NCBI GenBank assembly: GCA_951406725.2 | Contig: OX597818.1 | Location: forward strand, 77,066,001 to 77,130,000 | Length of the DNA: 64,000 nt | Origin: Octopus vulgaris | Lineage: Eukaryota | Direction of reading: 5' to 3' | Shown: in pieces, positions 36,790 to 52,474 of the stretch | How positions within the stretch are numbered: position 1 is the first letter of the stretch | Layout: the number at the start of each line of letters is the position of its first letter | The notes under the pieces: generated by a model | Told to the model about the DNA's origin: nothing | Seen by the model: the letters and a program-made list of their open reading frames with translations, nothing else | Databases searched by the model: none | Made by a program: the position numbers and the translations under genes

Positions 36790-38270
36790 TCCTGGTGAGT
36801 TTAGAGTCTACCTGGCTAGTTTGTTCACCTGAGTGCTAGGTGATCAAGTGGCTGCTAACTTTCTGAAATTAGTGCCATCATCTTTATTCCTTTATGATAT
36901 CTGTAACCTCCATTTACATTTAAGTAATTTATATCACAGAACTCTCTTAGCCACCATCTTTATTCCATTACAATAACTAGAACCTCCATGCACATTTGAT
37001 TAACCTAATGTTCCAATACTTCCATTAAAGCACTATCCATATTTACAAAGCCACCATTATAGGAATAGTTTGCTAGAGGATATCACTAGTTGTGGTATTT
37101 TGGCAACATAATAGCAGCAGTAATTTTCGTCTATGACTAGCTTAAATTCAGCTACATTGTCACATATTCTGACTACAGTCTATTTATTTCATTACAAACA
37201 CTGCACCTCCTCCATCTACAGCAATGGTGTTACTTAACCAAAAGAACTTATAGTACTGTTTCTTGCATGTGAGGTGCTTGACTGAGGATCTTTTCCATCT
37301 TATCTCTTGTACACAGCACACATCTATACTTGCCTCTGCATCTCTACAATCTCTTCCGACTTACCTTTCATCATGCCAATTATAATAGTGGCATCCATAA
37401 AGTTCTGTTCCTGAAAGGAAGATGAGTTTCCACTCCCAGCCCCAACCCTGTGCCAACTTCTACATCTAGTCTTTTCTCACCAGAACACCAACCCACTGGA
37501 ATTTTCTCCCAATTCATTTCTTTTCAGCAAGTATTGACCTGCAATAGTTTAAACAGAACATTAATGGCATTGTTCTAATTGGTCTCTGAAGCCCTTCTCA
37601 CAGACTCAAGAAGTAAAAAAAACTCCTTTACATACACAGAGAAGCCATTTCCCATAAACAGAGATAACAACTTCATGAATTATTTCATGTTTTGGTTTTT
37701 TTTTTCTTACTTAAACTACTATTCTGTAACTCAAACTAACCCTTGCACTAACACCACATAACTTTGTAATATAATTAGTCTTAGGTAACAGACTTTCTTG
37801 ATAAACAACATAATTGGAACCATGTAAGTCACAACAAATGCTAGACTTTCCAGTCTCTAATGAAAGCTCATGGAATCTCTGTATACATAACCTAAAACTA
37901 TTTCCCACAATACTAACCTTCCTCTTCAGGACTAGTAAAATCTTTCAGTGCAGATCAGTCACTGACCTTCAAGAAAACCCCATAATGGTTAGTGCTTCCA
38001 TAGCTAGGATATTTTTTGTAGCCATCCTAGACCCCACCCCACCCCACCATATCTAAAAGAATGTCCTTTTCTGACTAATTAGCAATGAGTCACTTGCCAA
38101 CATACTTCAGTCTCTCTCACTAACACACATACTGTATCCACTACTATGACTCCCTGACCTAGCTAATAACATAACAACTCTACCTAGGACCCTGAAATAT
38201 CTTTTCTTTCTTTCACTCAGCCACTTCTGTTTTATGCCCACAACTAACTGCTTTGCCTGAGCCTTAGAAT
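36790..38270 (+). mobile_element. Degraded L2/CR1-group LINE fragments
   Basis: 37460-37570 resembles the ORF2 C-terminal F.PRT...WN.LP...DL..FK..IN motif; the rest is heavily decayed. Confidence 0.45.
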
Positions 38271-41200
38271 TTCCTTTTCACCCATTTACTTTACTTTCTG
38301 TAGATGTTAACTTCCAGATGTCCAAATTTGATTGCCAACCATTTATGGCAGAGGCCAGCATGCTAATGTATATAGTTATCTTGAAAAGAATTTCAAATAA
38401 AATGATAAATGTTCTCTCAATCATAATCAGGATCATCATCAGCATTTTGCATCCATTTTCCATGCTGGCATGGGTTGGACAATTTGACAGGAGCTGGTGA
38501 GCTGGGGAAATGTGCCAAACTCCACTGTCTGCTTTGGCATGATTTCTAAGGCAGATGTCTTTCCTCATGCCAACCACTTTACAGAGTGTACTGGGTGCTT
38601 TTTATGTGGCACTAACACCAGTGAGGTCACCAAGTAATTCACAGGACAAGGTCCCTCAACTGCATTACGATAATATTCAAAGAAATTATTCCAACAGAGA
38701 AAGAAATCAAAAAAAGAAAGAGAATGACTAAAGAAAAAGGTTGAGAAGCAATGCTTTTTATTTGAGAAGCTACGACATACAGGCAAAAAGAAGCAAGGTG
38801 ATATAAAACAATAATAGAATTAAAAGAAGCAATTAAAATATTCTATAGTGTGTTGATCTAATTACACAATTAGATGAAAACAAAATGAGGAATTGTGCTT
38901 ACAAGAAATATGAAGACCAATTAGACAAAAGAACCAAATTGCCGAGCTAAACATTGTACACAGTTTAGTGAAAAAAATGGTTGAATATTGTCTTAGGAGG
39001 TTTTTATATTTTAGTTTTATTAATTATTTAATTACATAATTGTTTTTATGTATTTAAATTCTGGAGAATGAATTAATGGTTACAAATTTGTTAATTACTT
39101 AAAATATTTATGCCTGATTTTTGGTGTTATTTAATTACATGTCAAATTTAGGGGACAGAGTTAGAAGATCAAAATCACTTTTAAATAATTGAAATTATTT
39201 GTTAAATATTTATATGCAGAAAAAAAAATTTATATTTGCAAAGTTACAATTTTCATGTTTCTTGCTATGAAATTATTTTTGTTTAGATCAAATTGAAAAA
39301 ATCAATTATTATAATAATATTCCATGAAGCTCACATTTCATAATTTCTCTGTATACATCAGATATCTTTATATATATTAATCATTTGTGTTCTGGTACCA
39401 TAATAGACATACATATATTCATGTTGTTAGTATTGAACTGATAATAAATCTTTATTAGTAACTTAAGATACCATATGCATTCCGTCAGAATGGCAGAATA
39501 GATATAAACATTGAACCATGGAATTGGTTACAGAGGGATGTGTGTGTTGATTTCCATCCAAAGATATGAATGTATGAATGTATGGTAAAATATAAACACT
39601 GAAGATAACTAGAGATAACACCAAGTGAGATGTAATGTAAATAAAAAAATTTAAAAAACACAAGAAAAGGTAAACTATTTTCTCAGTGCATATTACTACT
39701 ATTGCTACTAATGATTCTACTACTACTACTACTACTACTACTACTAACTCATCTCAAAAAGTCAGAAATAAGAATGATTTACAACATTTTAAAGTATTTC
39801 TGATACTTTTGCTTATATAAAACTTTTACTATTTTAGGAATTTTTATAACAGATTGTCATTTTATTTTAGATTTCTAAATAGTTTTGAAAGTCATCTACT
39901 TTTCTAGCAGCTCTCTTAATAATGTTGTCTTTCTATATTGTTGACTCAGTAATAAATTGTTAAGGCTTTAATCTCATTTCATCAGTTTATTGTAGTGTTG
40001 TTGTTGTTGTTACTGTTGTGATCGTAGTGGTACAATCAGTGAATGACAAAGGAGGGAAGAATCTATGAATCTATAAAGATAATTTACTAGAAAACCTCAC
40101 ACATGATTTAGCTAGAAAAATGTCTTATCAGTAGAAGTTTCAATCTTGTTAGCTTGGAGGTTTGACTTTCTTTTGAAAACAAGTGACAATACATATTGAA
40201 CTGACAATAGGTTCCACCACATCCTAATCCAACAAACTATATGATACTCTTGTTTTTCTGTTCAATATAATAAAGTATTATTTCACTTTTGTATTTGTTT
40301 TGCAAAGATTCTTGGTGTGTAAACATGTTGAAGCATATACTATTGTATTTTGGAAAGGTCATTTTACCAATAAGAAACATGCACTGGTTCTATTTCACTT
40401 CTTTTTATTATTATCATAATTATTAGTCAACTATTTAACCAAATAATTAATCATTTGATCAGCTGGTTGGTTAGAGTTGTTTCATTGTCATTTGTGACTT
40501 CAATCAGTAACATGCCCCCAGTTAAATTAAATGTTTATCTTCATAGAATAAATAGCAAGATAACAAACGATTGTGACTATTTTAACTGCTTCTCAAGAAA
40601 TGTTTTATAACAGCCGATATATAAAATGTGTGGAATGACATAGCTTATGTTGTGAGACATTGGTTCTGCAAGACACATAGCACCATATTGTGAAGTGAAA
40701 CTTGGACAAGACACAAGAATTTTATAGCAAGGTAGAAAATAAAAGGAGCAAATTTCTAAATAACTACAATATCTAGACACCTAAGAGTTTAAAACTTATT
40801 TATTTGTAATAATACATCACCTTCCACAACACAGTTGATATAAAATAATTAAATACACAGTATTGGAGCAGTCAGTTTGGCTGAAATAGTTTGAACCAGT
40901 TGCTAACACATTTTTGCCTCAGATCAAATCTGTGATTTATCTACAGTTGAACTAAATTAATGAATTTGGTGTAATTCAAAGGAAATTATTGATGAAATTG
41001 AACTTCATGCATCCCAGAAATAACTGCATTCAGAAACCATAAAAAAAAAAAAGAAAAAAAGGAAAAAAAACTTTTATATTTAATGAAATCAAGTGTATCA
41101 GGACTGTTTTAAATATAGTTTTTTACTTTGTAGTTTTTTTTTAAGAATATATTTTGGTACCGGTTCATGCAAAGAAAAGATAAATTAAATGTAAGTTTTT

Positions 41201-42194
41201 TAAAAAAAACTTTAAAGTTCAGATAATATAAAGTTTCATTGTCCATTTTGTTTTGTTTTTCTTATATCAACAAACTGTCCCCCACCTTGTTCTGCACTAC
41301 CTAATTCAACATCCCTTTATTTTAGTTACAATCTCTCAAAGTCCTGACTAGAATGTTTAAGAACACTAACTCTAACTGGATTATTTGGTGGATATGAGAT
41401 ATACAGTTGCTGCAGTAACAATAGTTAATTAATCATATTATAGTTTTGATTACTATACTCGTTGACTTTTATGTTGTTATGCTATCATTTGTATGTTTGT
41501 TGTGTTTGAATATTCTGATGTGAGTTTGTTTTAAGTTTATAAACAACAATGGTGACAATAATGGGAAAATAAAATATACAATGAGACAAAATATCTAAAA
41601 GAAAATAAATAAAAGGCTTTAATCAGTTATTTAATGAATGAATATACTAATGGGTTATGAAGGTGTGTAGCTCAGTGGTTAGGGTATTTGGCTCACGATT
41701 GTAAGGTCATATGTTGGATTTTTGATGGTATGTTGTGTCCTTCAGCAAGATACTTTATTTCACATTACTCCAGCCCACTCAGCTGGCAAAAATGAGTTGT
41801 ATTTGTAATTCAAAGGGCCAGCCTTGTTACATTGTCATGCCATATCTCCAAAAACTATGTTAAGGGTATGCATATCTGTGGAGTGCCCAGCCAGTTGCAT
41901 GTTAATTTCACTAACAGGCTGTTCCATTGATTGAATTGCTCTTAATAGAGCATAACCAACAAAGTACCAGTTAGCTATACTAATGGGATAATAATATTGG
42001 CAGAAGACCTCGAATTTGGGGGAGGGTATAGTTGATTATATTAACCACGGTCTTGTATTGGTATTTTATGACTCAACCCAGAAATGATGAAAAGTAAAAT
42101 GACCCCAGCAGGATCAGAACTCAGAACATCAAGAGTCCTAACTAAATATTGTAAGGTATTTGTGTTTGACACTAATAATTCTACCAACCGTAAT

Positions 42195-42495
42195 GGATTT
42201 GCCAGTGAAGGTTAGCAGTCAATGGATCATTTGTTGTGCTTTGGGCAAAACCATTGAAATCTTGAACTTTACAGGAATGAGCAAAGAAGAGCCATCAAGA
42301 GCAACATAGAGATAGCTGAGAAAAGCTCGAGATGGCTCTGGGGTTCTGGTTTAAAAAGATGGTCAGTGAGGTCAAGGATTGCTGCTTGGACCCAAGCCTA
42401 GTCTTGATTAATATAGGCCAGATTGACTGGATGAAGATGTATTTTTTTTACCCAAAACAGCCAGTGATTCCAGGATACAACACTGATGAAGGATC
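42195..42495 (+). mobile_element. HERO-like (RLE) non-LTR retrotransposon 3' fragment
   Basis: G..QRRAIKSNIEIAEKSSRWLW motif followed by 3'UTR-like sequence. Confidence 0.65.
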
Positions 42496-42654
42496 CAAGA
42501 ATTGCATCTGTAGATGTATGTTGAACTATAAAGAACAATATACTGAGATGTGGATGTTTATGTTATTATTAGGTGTAATTAGTTATATTGAAAAGATATT
42601 TGCTGAATTCTTCATTTCCAAGCCATTACACTCATCCAGGCAACTTGATATAAC

Positions 42655-42880
42655 TTGATCAAGCTTAGGGTTGCATCTGAGAAGCATTCTACTGACTCCA
42701 CCAATCACCTCTTTCCAGCCAAACTCATCTGGATGCTTTTTCAGCAGCCTCTACATTGTTCTTGATGACTCTTCTGCCAGCCCTTGAAATTCCCAGAGTT
42801 CCATAGGCCTTACCTGAAAACCCTCAATGATCAATCTCAGCCGATAAAGCCATTAAAGATGGCAGCTTGCCAGTCATTGG
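42655..42880 (-). mobile_element. HERO-like non-LTR retrotransposon 3' fragment
   Basis: Minus strand GF..KAYGTLGISRAGRRVIKNNVEAAEKASR*VWL.RG.W. Confidence 0.7.
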
Positions 42881-43606
42881 TGTCATTGGCTTTACTAAAT
42901 CTCTAAAATGAAATTTTAAATTGACATTTATAAAGGTAAAAGGATGTTAATTTGATAAAGAAAAATTCGGATATGAGAAATACGATTCATTGAAATAGAG
43001 CAGACAAGTAAATGGTATTAAATAGTATTTAAAAAAGAAACTATTAAAAAAAAACTGTAATGAATATGTATTTCAAAGATTGTTTGATTTATACATAATA
43101 GATGTGTATTATTGTTACCATTGTTTCTTTAGGTCTGTGATAGTTTCACTGCAACCATATTTATAATTTTATAATGATAATTACTTTGTTAAATAATGTA
43201 AATTTTCTAATAATTTTATTTCAATTATGTATGTCTAAAATTATTATTTAGCAGAATAATTTTAATTTACTAATGTAATAAATTTAATTTGATTGTAAAC
43301 ATAACCAGTTTTGATATTAAATTTAATATTTATTTAATGATATAATTTGTGTCAAGTAGGACTTTAGTTTGAATGATAGAAACTATGCAGAAGCCTGTTT
43401 AAAATATATATGTGTATGCAAATATATATTTGCATACACATACACTTTATTAATAAAGCTGCAAAGACATCACAAAACTGTTACTCAGAGTTTCACATTC
43501 CCATTCGTCAGACAGTTTTGGTTGAAAATAAAGCATATTACTCTACCTCCAGTATTCAAGAACTATTTTTTCCACCTTGTTTCACATTTATGTGCTTACT
43601 CTGGTG

Positions 43607-43638
<32 letters not shown>

Positions 43639-45746
43639 TGTATGTACCCTCTTTCAAAAAACTTCCACACAGCTTCCATCTACCAAATTCCAGTCACAAG
43701 ATATTGATCAACCCAAGAATATAACAGAAGACACTTGGTCATGCTACCCTAACTCAAATAACCAATCAAATACTTAGTATTTGAGATTAACCAATCAAAT
43801 ATTTAGCATCAACCTAAAGATGCACTCCATCATATGAATAAGCAGATTGATTTTGACAGAAGTAGTGTTATAACTATAGATATTTACCGGCTATATATAT
43901 ATAGCTGTCATGTTGTAAAATATCAGAATTAAAAGTTGGTAAAGATGATGTTTCATCTAAAATGATGAGACATTGAAACACTGCTAGACATGGGCTTTTT
44001 CACCAAATTTTTGCCTCTAATTCTATTTCTTTATGCAACATAAACTAAATATAATTTATAATAAATTATCCTACAGAGTGCGGCAGAAAACCTCCCTCAT
44101 TATATATGACCATTGATGTCGACATACTGAAGTTAGACAGATAGTAACTGTCTTCAAATAGCTAAGGTTTTACCATTTCTTTTTTCAATTGCCACCATGA
44201 TTTCAAAAGATGCACATTGAGCATTTGTGAGATCACACTACATACATAGTGCAGGAGCAAAAAACTTTCATATTTTACATGGCTGTTGGTGTGGCACTAT
44301 TAAAGTTGGGTATCTTCATATAACTAATGTTGCCATCATAGTCTGAACCAATGAACACTGTGTGCTTGCTGTTAAACATTTGTCAACCAATAAAATGTGA
44401 TAAGTTGCATTTTTTTTCTTATTTTTTGCTGTAACCTGTATATTCAGCTGATTAGTTAGACATAATAATATGATATATGCAGCCCAGTTGTACAATATAG
44501 TATCAAACTTAGTTTTCTCCTTAGTATGTATTTATTCATTATTAAACAATACAAGGTTTATATATATCTTTTAATGTGTTAATTTAATAAACTCAAATAA
44601 ACTGTAACATTTACAATTCATTGAAAATCTCCAATAGCTTCTAAGCTTAAAACATATACATATTATGAAGTTTGCATCCAGCCTTCATTTTCTTTTTCCA
44701 TCCAAGGGTTTTTTTAACTTGATCTTCTACACTATTTTTTATAGATTTATCTACTTCAAGTTCCATTATTTAAAACAATCTATTTTAGAGATCTTGGTGT
44801 GTTTTAATTCTTATGGTATAACCAACATACAATTCTTGTTGGTAAGAACAAAACTTCTAAAACAGAAGGACAAATTTTAAAGGATTTAGAACATCTGTCA
44901 TATTAACAGAAGATAGAGGTTCTTGTTTCATGGGCAGCCTTTGACTTTTTCTTTCTAAAGGGTTTTTAAACCTAATATTCTAGACACTATTATCTATAGC
45001 TTCATTTATCCACTGTTAAAATTAATTAGTGCCATATACATACTGTGGATTCAAAAAATAAATGTTTAAAAACATTTCTTTTAAGTTTTTAGTGGTTAAT
45101 TACTTAATTGTCTTTCCCCATTAAAGTTGTATATTTATTTATTTATTTATTTACCTAATACAAACCTGAACTAAAAATTTATAATTTTTAAATCAAAATA
45201 TTTGACAACTCTTAAAAATGAGAGAAAATGCACATGAAACTTTATACAAAATATGCTTGTTTTCACAGAATATTATCACTGTTTTTGGTTTGCTTTTATT
45301 ATTTTTTAAAATAATTTTGTAGAATGCAGCAGATATCACAGTTATTTAAAAATTGCCATTAAAAAAAAGAAACTGTTCCTAAGCTGCAAGTCTTTTACTG
45401 CAGACAATATAAGGAAGATAGTTTTTTTAAAAAAAAAAAAGAATTTTATTTAACTTGTAAAAATTTTTTTTAAATGAACAAAACACAAAAAATTGTAAAA
45501 ATGAAAGAGAATAGAAATAAAATAAAACACAGAAAAATAAATTGTAGAAAAATACTTCAATAATTATAATAGGGTTTTTTTAAGGTTTAAAGTGAAATTG
45601 GTTAGCATTTGGTGAGTGTTTGACGCATTAATAAAGTCATGTACAATACATATACACATAAAATACATACGCACCAACACTTATATATGCATTGTATATG
45701 CTAAACATTACATACATATGTGTGTGTATATCTGTATAGATGCATA

Positions 45747-45785
<39 letters not shown>

Positions 45786-48700
45786 CTACAAACAATGGGT
45801 TTATTTCTGGTCTATTTTTTAATGGTTATTTTTTGTAGGTCTTTACTTTTTACGAAAGAATTGAAACTACAAAATTATGAGTTCTCACAACTTGCCATTC
45901 CTCCAAACAATTTAAACAATATTGTATCCCACTCTGTAGCTCTTTGTCATCATCTTACGCATACAGTTCCCTCAGGAAGGAATGCTATCATGAACAATTC
46001 TGAAGACTTGGTGAATTGTAAAGTTTTGATAAATCTAACCTTCAACTTATTCTAGATCTTTTGATTAGATTTAAAACATGAATAAAACCAGGTTAGGAAA
46101 GAAAATAATCCATATTTGTCAATACTAAAAACATGTTGAATGATTAAAAAAGTGTATGTTTGCTTGATGAGAACTAAGTGGAATGATTTAACAAAAAAGG
46201 AAGGAATTTTTACACAACTTGGAGCAAACAGAAATTTTCTTCCAATATGAAAGCTGTACATCCTGGTTTTAAATATTTTAAGATTTTCAGTTGCTGTTTG
46301 TTTGTTCTTCTTTTCTTAAAGAGAAGCTTTTTTTTTTTTAGAATATTGGAACTGCTCAAGAAAACTTGAAAACACAGACTTATAAAATACCACCATCACC
46401 AATGGTATAAATATCTAGAAAAAAAAGATATAGATACATACATACATACACACACACACACATATATATATATACATATATATATATACACACATGTATA
46501 TATATACACATATACATACATATATATATATATACACATACATACATATATATATATTTATATATATACATATATATATATATACACACACACATACATA
46601 TATATTCATACATACATATATATAAAACATTCACGTGTTTAAATGCTAAACTCCATCCATTTCTTCATATTTGTTCTTAATAGATTTGTTTGAAACAAAC
46701 CATGTTAGTGATTGTCCAAGGAAGAAAAAAAAATAGGAAAAAAACATCAAATAAATTTTTAAAATATTAACAAGGTGACAATGATTTGTTATTGATAATA
46801 AGGAGCAAAAAATACTTGGTTCTCACCTTCAGTGATTATCTGTGAACCGATAGTGATAATAAAAGACAATACTAAAATTGTAGTGCATATAATATGGCTG
46901 AATTGGTATTTATATGCAGAAATGATAAAATCACTTCAGTTTTGTATTTTATGACTTTGGAAATTTTTTTGACTGTTCAAAGTTTTATTTCACACAAAAA
47001 AAAAGAACAAAAAAAGAAAGAAATCCAAGGATGAATGTTGTGGAAATTGATTGGTCTAGGAGAATGGTCTTTCTTCTTTTCTCCTGTTTTGCATGTATAT
47101 CAAAGAATTTTGGAAGAAAAACAGAATTCATCAAGAGGGAACAAAAAGTAGACAATAACACCAAGTACACAGATACAAAAATTTATGCAACAAATACAAA
47201 TGTCAAGGTGTTAATTGAAGCAAGATATAGTTTGGAAGCATAAAATATATATATACATACATGCATACAAACACACACACACACACACACACATGTGAAT
47301 GTATACACACATAGTTACATTAAATGGAGAGTGAGAGAGCGAGAACCATTTTTCTAAATTTCTTATTTTATGACAAGATTTATGGATACATGTAAAAACA
47401 AAAACAAAAAAAAAAACAATATAATAAACAAAAGTATACATTTTAATAAATTAAATAACTCTGTTTAAATTTTTTTTTAATATTTAATAATAAAATTTGA
47501 TATTTTATGGTGACTGATATTTAAACCTTAATGCTACAAAGAAAACTGCAATTCTCTCTATATTTCATACAAATGTTCAACCAAATGTGACTGTATTTTT
47601 GTGTGGTTCAATGTGATAAAAGCATTTTTTTTTCTAACAAATTTTCAGATATTAATATTTTACAAGAGAAAATTCATACTCACTGAATTGTTCCACTCCT
47701 GTATTAATAACTGATGTAACAAAAGTGTAATACATATAAAGAAACATTAGCTTACACTTCTGTATTCCTAGCTGTTTCATTTTGAAACTTATTAGTTTTA
47801 TTATTCCTGTATATTTCATAAATATCTCTCCATCTGCCCCATGCCATCATGGAAAAACATGTTAAAATGAACAATCTCACACTTCTAGTATTATTTATTA
47901 ACATCATATAATGTCACTTAAAGCAATATTCATTATCATTGCATTTTAATGCTTATCATGGTACAATATTGTGCCAATATTAACTGTATACCACATGCAA
48001 CTGGTCTTTTGCCAGTATAGATTAATCTGGGTTAAATATCATTTTAAGGTTGTTCATAAACAAGAGACATCTAGAAATCTTATTTTAAATGCTTGTTTTT
48101 TTATAGATATCAAACATTTTATATTCAAAATTAAATTTAAAAAGTGTTCTGAAATTTATATTTTAAAAAAGTTTTTTAACAAAATAAAAAAAATTGTAAA
48201 ACTAAAACACCCTTTTTCAAACAAGTAGTAGTATTATTAAAGCAGTGGCAAGTAGTAGTATTATTCAAACAAGTAGTAGTATTATTAAAGCAGTGACAAA
48301 CTGGCAGAACTGTTAGCATGCTGGGCACAAAATGCTTTACAACATTTTGTCCATCTTTACATTTCGAGTTCAAATTCCACTGAGGTCGACTTTGCAGTTC
48401 ATCCTTTCAGGGTCAATAAAATAAGTATCAGTTAAGTACTAGGGTCAATGTAATCGACTTACTCCCTCCTCTGAAATTGATGACCTTGTGCCAAAATTTG
48501 AAATTATTATTATTATTATTTGTAGTAGTAGTAGTAGTAGTAGTATTGTCATTATTATGGAGGATATAATTGGATCCTAAGATATCTTTAAACTTATTGA
48601 ATTAAAAAATCATTTGTAATATTACTGTTACAATTGTTTAAGTGTTATGCTTCCAACACCATCAGCTATGGAAAGAAATCAAATATATCTAGATCTATAA

Positions 48701-49382
48701 TATAACAAAGTAAACTCATGGTACTACAACAAAAATATAATCAAAATTTTTAATAGAATAAAACAAGTTTAAATTTTATGCTTGAAAACATCCTTAACTA
48801 TAGAATGAACATGAGGACTAATTGAAATTTTTAACATAATGAAATAGTTGAAAAAAATCTATGAATTTATGCATCAAAATGGAAATAAGAAAATTTATAA
48901 CGCAGGTAATTTCCACAAGTCCCACTAGTTGTTATTATTATTATTTGTCAAGGCTTATGAAAAATTGCTCTAACAATATATATATATATTGCTGTTTCCT
49001 CATACATACTCATATCCATCTTTTGAGGCAATTTGTGAGTCTTTTACAGAAGCGGTTGTATACTATTCAAATTGTATCAATTACATCATTATATCTTCAA
49101 TTCATTAGCTCACTCGTTTTTCTATTAAATAACTTTTGATTTATTTGTTTGGTTCTCTTTTGCAGCTAAATTTATTATTTCTAATTAAACAATACCAAAC
49201 TGTGGAATAAAACATTGGTGTCACTTAGAGATTTGTTTTCTTAAATCCTTCTATGAAATCATCATCATCATCATCCTCATCAGTTAAAGTACCATTTAAT
49301 TTTTTTCCAACCCTATACCATAAAGATTTCTAGCAAACAATGATTCTATTGCTAGCTATTATCTTCACAAGTATGACCTGAA

Positions 49383-49383
<1 letters not shown>

Positions 49384-49447
<64 letters not shown>

Positions 49448-49740
49448 TGTGTGTGTGAGTGTGTGTGTGAGTGTGTGTGTGAGAGAGAGAGAGCGGATGT
49501 GTGGGTGTGTGTCTGTGTATGAAATAGTGCACATGTGTGTGTTATAAGCATGTGTGTATGCATGTATGAGTGTGTGAGTACACATGAACATATGGGTGAA
49601 TGTATGAATGTGTGTATGTATGGGTGAATGTGTATGTACATTTATAAGACTATTACGTGTGTGTGTGTGTGTTTGCATGCATGCGAGTGCATATGAACAT
49701 GTGTCTCTGAGTGTGTAAATGAACATATGTGTGTGTGAAA
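49384..49740. repeat. (GT)n microsatellite and GT-rich low-complexity tract
   Basis: About 30 perfect GT units followed by degenerate GT/GA repeats. Confidence 0.95.
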
Positions 49741-52431
49741 CCAGCAGTGGCAGTAAGACAATTAAAAGACTTGATTAAACAGAAATATAATATTCTCATT
49801 GCCTGTTCTTTCAAAGAGGATTAACATACACACATATATACCACTACTTTTATATATAAGCTCTAACACTACACTTTGAACTGGTAACATACACACAAAC
49901 ATATACTGCTATATTCATATATTATGACTACTGCTTTAACTTAAACTAGCAACAAACACACATACATATACACATGCACACACATACTACTACATTCATA
50001 AAGCTTCAATAAGCAACACACATAGACACAGACACACATACATGCATGCCCTCTACTACATGTATATAACCACCAGCACTACTGTTTAAAGTAGCACACA
50101 CACACCAGCAGCAGCAGCACCACCACAACAATTTTAACTAGCAACACACATGCAAAGACACAAATACACACACGTGTATACATTTCAACTTTAACGATCA
50201 TGCTGAAATCTAGCCCCTGACATTAGTTATCCTTAGAACTCCTAAGAAGATAATAATTCTCTCAGAATCACTGTCTCAGTAACACTTCATCTCTACATTT
50301 TTTCTTTGGAGAAGAATTGTTAGCATCAACAACCTCAAAAAAACTCTTTTCTGTTGTTTGGTCAGCTTTCTGCTGTATGACCCTAAAAAAACAGATTTTA
50401 AACAGTCCCTTTGTAACATAACTACATAAGAATATGGCAGTGAGAACAACATGGAGCAAAAAGCATGATGAAAGAATGTGTGTCAGAGCCATGTAAGTAG
50501 AATAAATAAATGATGATGATCAAGAGTTAGGAGTAATACCAACATTATTATTATTGTTTCAATTAACAACACTGATTAATTTAATATAGAGAGAATGTGA
50601 GGAACAGTAAGACATTTTTGTTTGTTTCCACATCCTATCTCAATATTTAAGTGTTTACTGTATGAATATAGTTACCCTTGCCCCAGCATTTCTAGTTCCT
50701 TCTCTCTCCAATATGAGATATTTAAAAAAAGTTTTAAGTGTATTTTGATGGACTAGCTTTGTATGAATTATATAGTGTATTGTTAGCTTATTGATAGGAT
50801 CAGCAAAAACAGCACTCAATTCAGCAAGAGATAAATATCACTTAATGAATACAGGAGTTATACATGAGCTACTTTAAGTTTCATGCTTGAATTGTGCACT
50901 AATTGGACAGGCTTAAGAAGTATGCATCACCACCATGAGGTACCAGGTTCAATTTCTCCGCATGCACCATGGTCAATTTCATTTTCTATAACCTCAAGTC
51001 ACCCCATATCTTGTGAGTGAAACTGGCCAGATAGAGACTGTACTGAAGTCTGCTAGGTAGATTGTAACTGTAATTCAAAAAGTATAAAACTGTCATACAC
51101 TGTATCATCAGAGTTTCTATAACAATGTCACTAGAACTCTTGAACTGAAGTTATCAACCCATGGCTTTCAAGTGTCATCCTGTATATAGAGATCCTTGAA
51201 GTTATAAATGCTTGGATTATAATAATTATTAATTACATTTGCTGTTGTTATTGGTTTCATTCCTCTTACCTACCTCATCATATTCCCCTCACTTCATCTC
51301 TTTCTATATCACCTTCATAGATCTAGAAAGAAAATCTTCAATTACATATCTTCCTATCTTTATTCAAATACCTAAATATTGATTTTTAACCTAATTTAAT
51401 ATCCACAGAAGGATTAAAAGCAATGTTAGCCTTTGAAACCAGAATTTTACAAAGAATTAAATCTGCTACATGTAAGATGAAATGTTATTATAACATTTAA
51501 GATGGTCAGCTGGCAGAATTGTTAACACATTGGACAAAAATGCTTAGTGGCATTTCTCTTTATGTTCTGAGTTCAAATCATGCTGAGGTCAACTTCATCT
51601 TTTATTCTTCTGGAACTGATGAAATAAAGTACCAGTCAAGTACTGGGATCAATGATATCTAATTCATTTCCACAAAATTATTCCTTGTGCCTCCAAATCA
51701 GAAACATTATTATAGTTCCAAATTTTGGCACAAGGCCAGCAATTTTAGAGAGAGGGATTAATTGACTACAATTCCAGCACTCAACTGGTACAAATTTTGT
51801 TGACCTGAAAAGGTTGAAAAACAAATTACCAATCAAATACTGGGGTCAGTGTAACCAAAATAACAGATCTTGTAGCAAAAATTATAATTATAATTATTAT
51901 CATTATTATTATTATTTGTTAAAGCCAGCTTAAATACCAGTTTGATAATGATAAAGCTATTTCACTAAATTCTTCATTATTTTCAAAATCAATTGGCAAT
52001 GTGTTCCAACTGTAATACTGTAACAAAAGGGTTTGTGGAATCAGTGTCTGTGGAATACCTAGTCACTTACAATATATAAATACAATAAGTCAGTAGCTCT
52101 CCAATCATACAGCTGGAATGCTTAACTGTTTATAAGGAGTAGCTAGTTGTGTAGATTAGACAACACTAGAAAACTTCTCAATGAACCCAGTAAATAATCC
52201 ATTTAGTTTCCTTTCAAATCCCTAGATAAAATCCAATTAAGATCAATTTTATATTGGATCCTTTCACATGGGAGATTCATAAAATAAGTACCACTCATCT
52301 TCTGGGATTCTTGAATCAATTTAAATTGACTGTATTCTTCCCTAAAATTTCTGACAGTTAGAAGTCTTAAGCCAGAGTACATTTTCTGTGATTCTGATTT
52401 TTAAAAAGTTTTTGGCTATAAAATGTTGAAA

Positions 52432-52474
<43 letters not shown>

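Noticed and set aside
48220-48300. Short triple repeat CAAGTAGTAGTATTATT
   Set aside because: Small slippage duplication at the head of a SINE A copy; ordinary.
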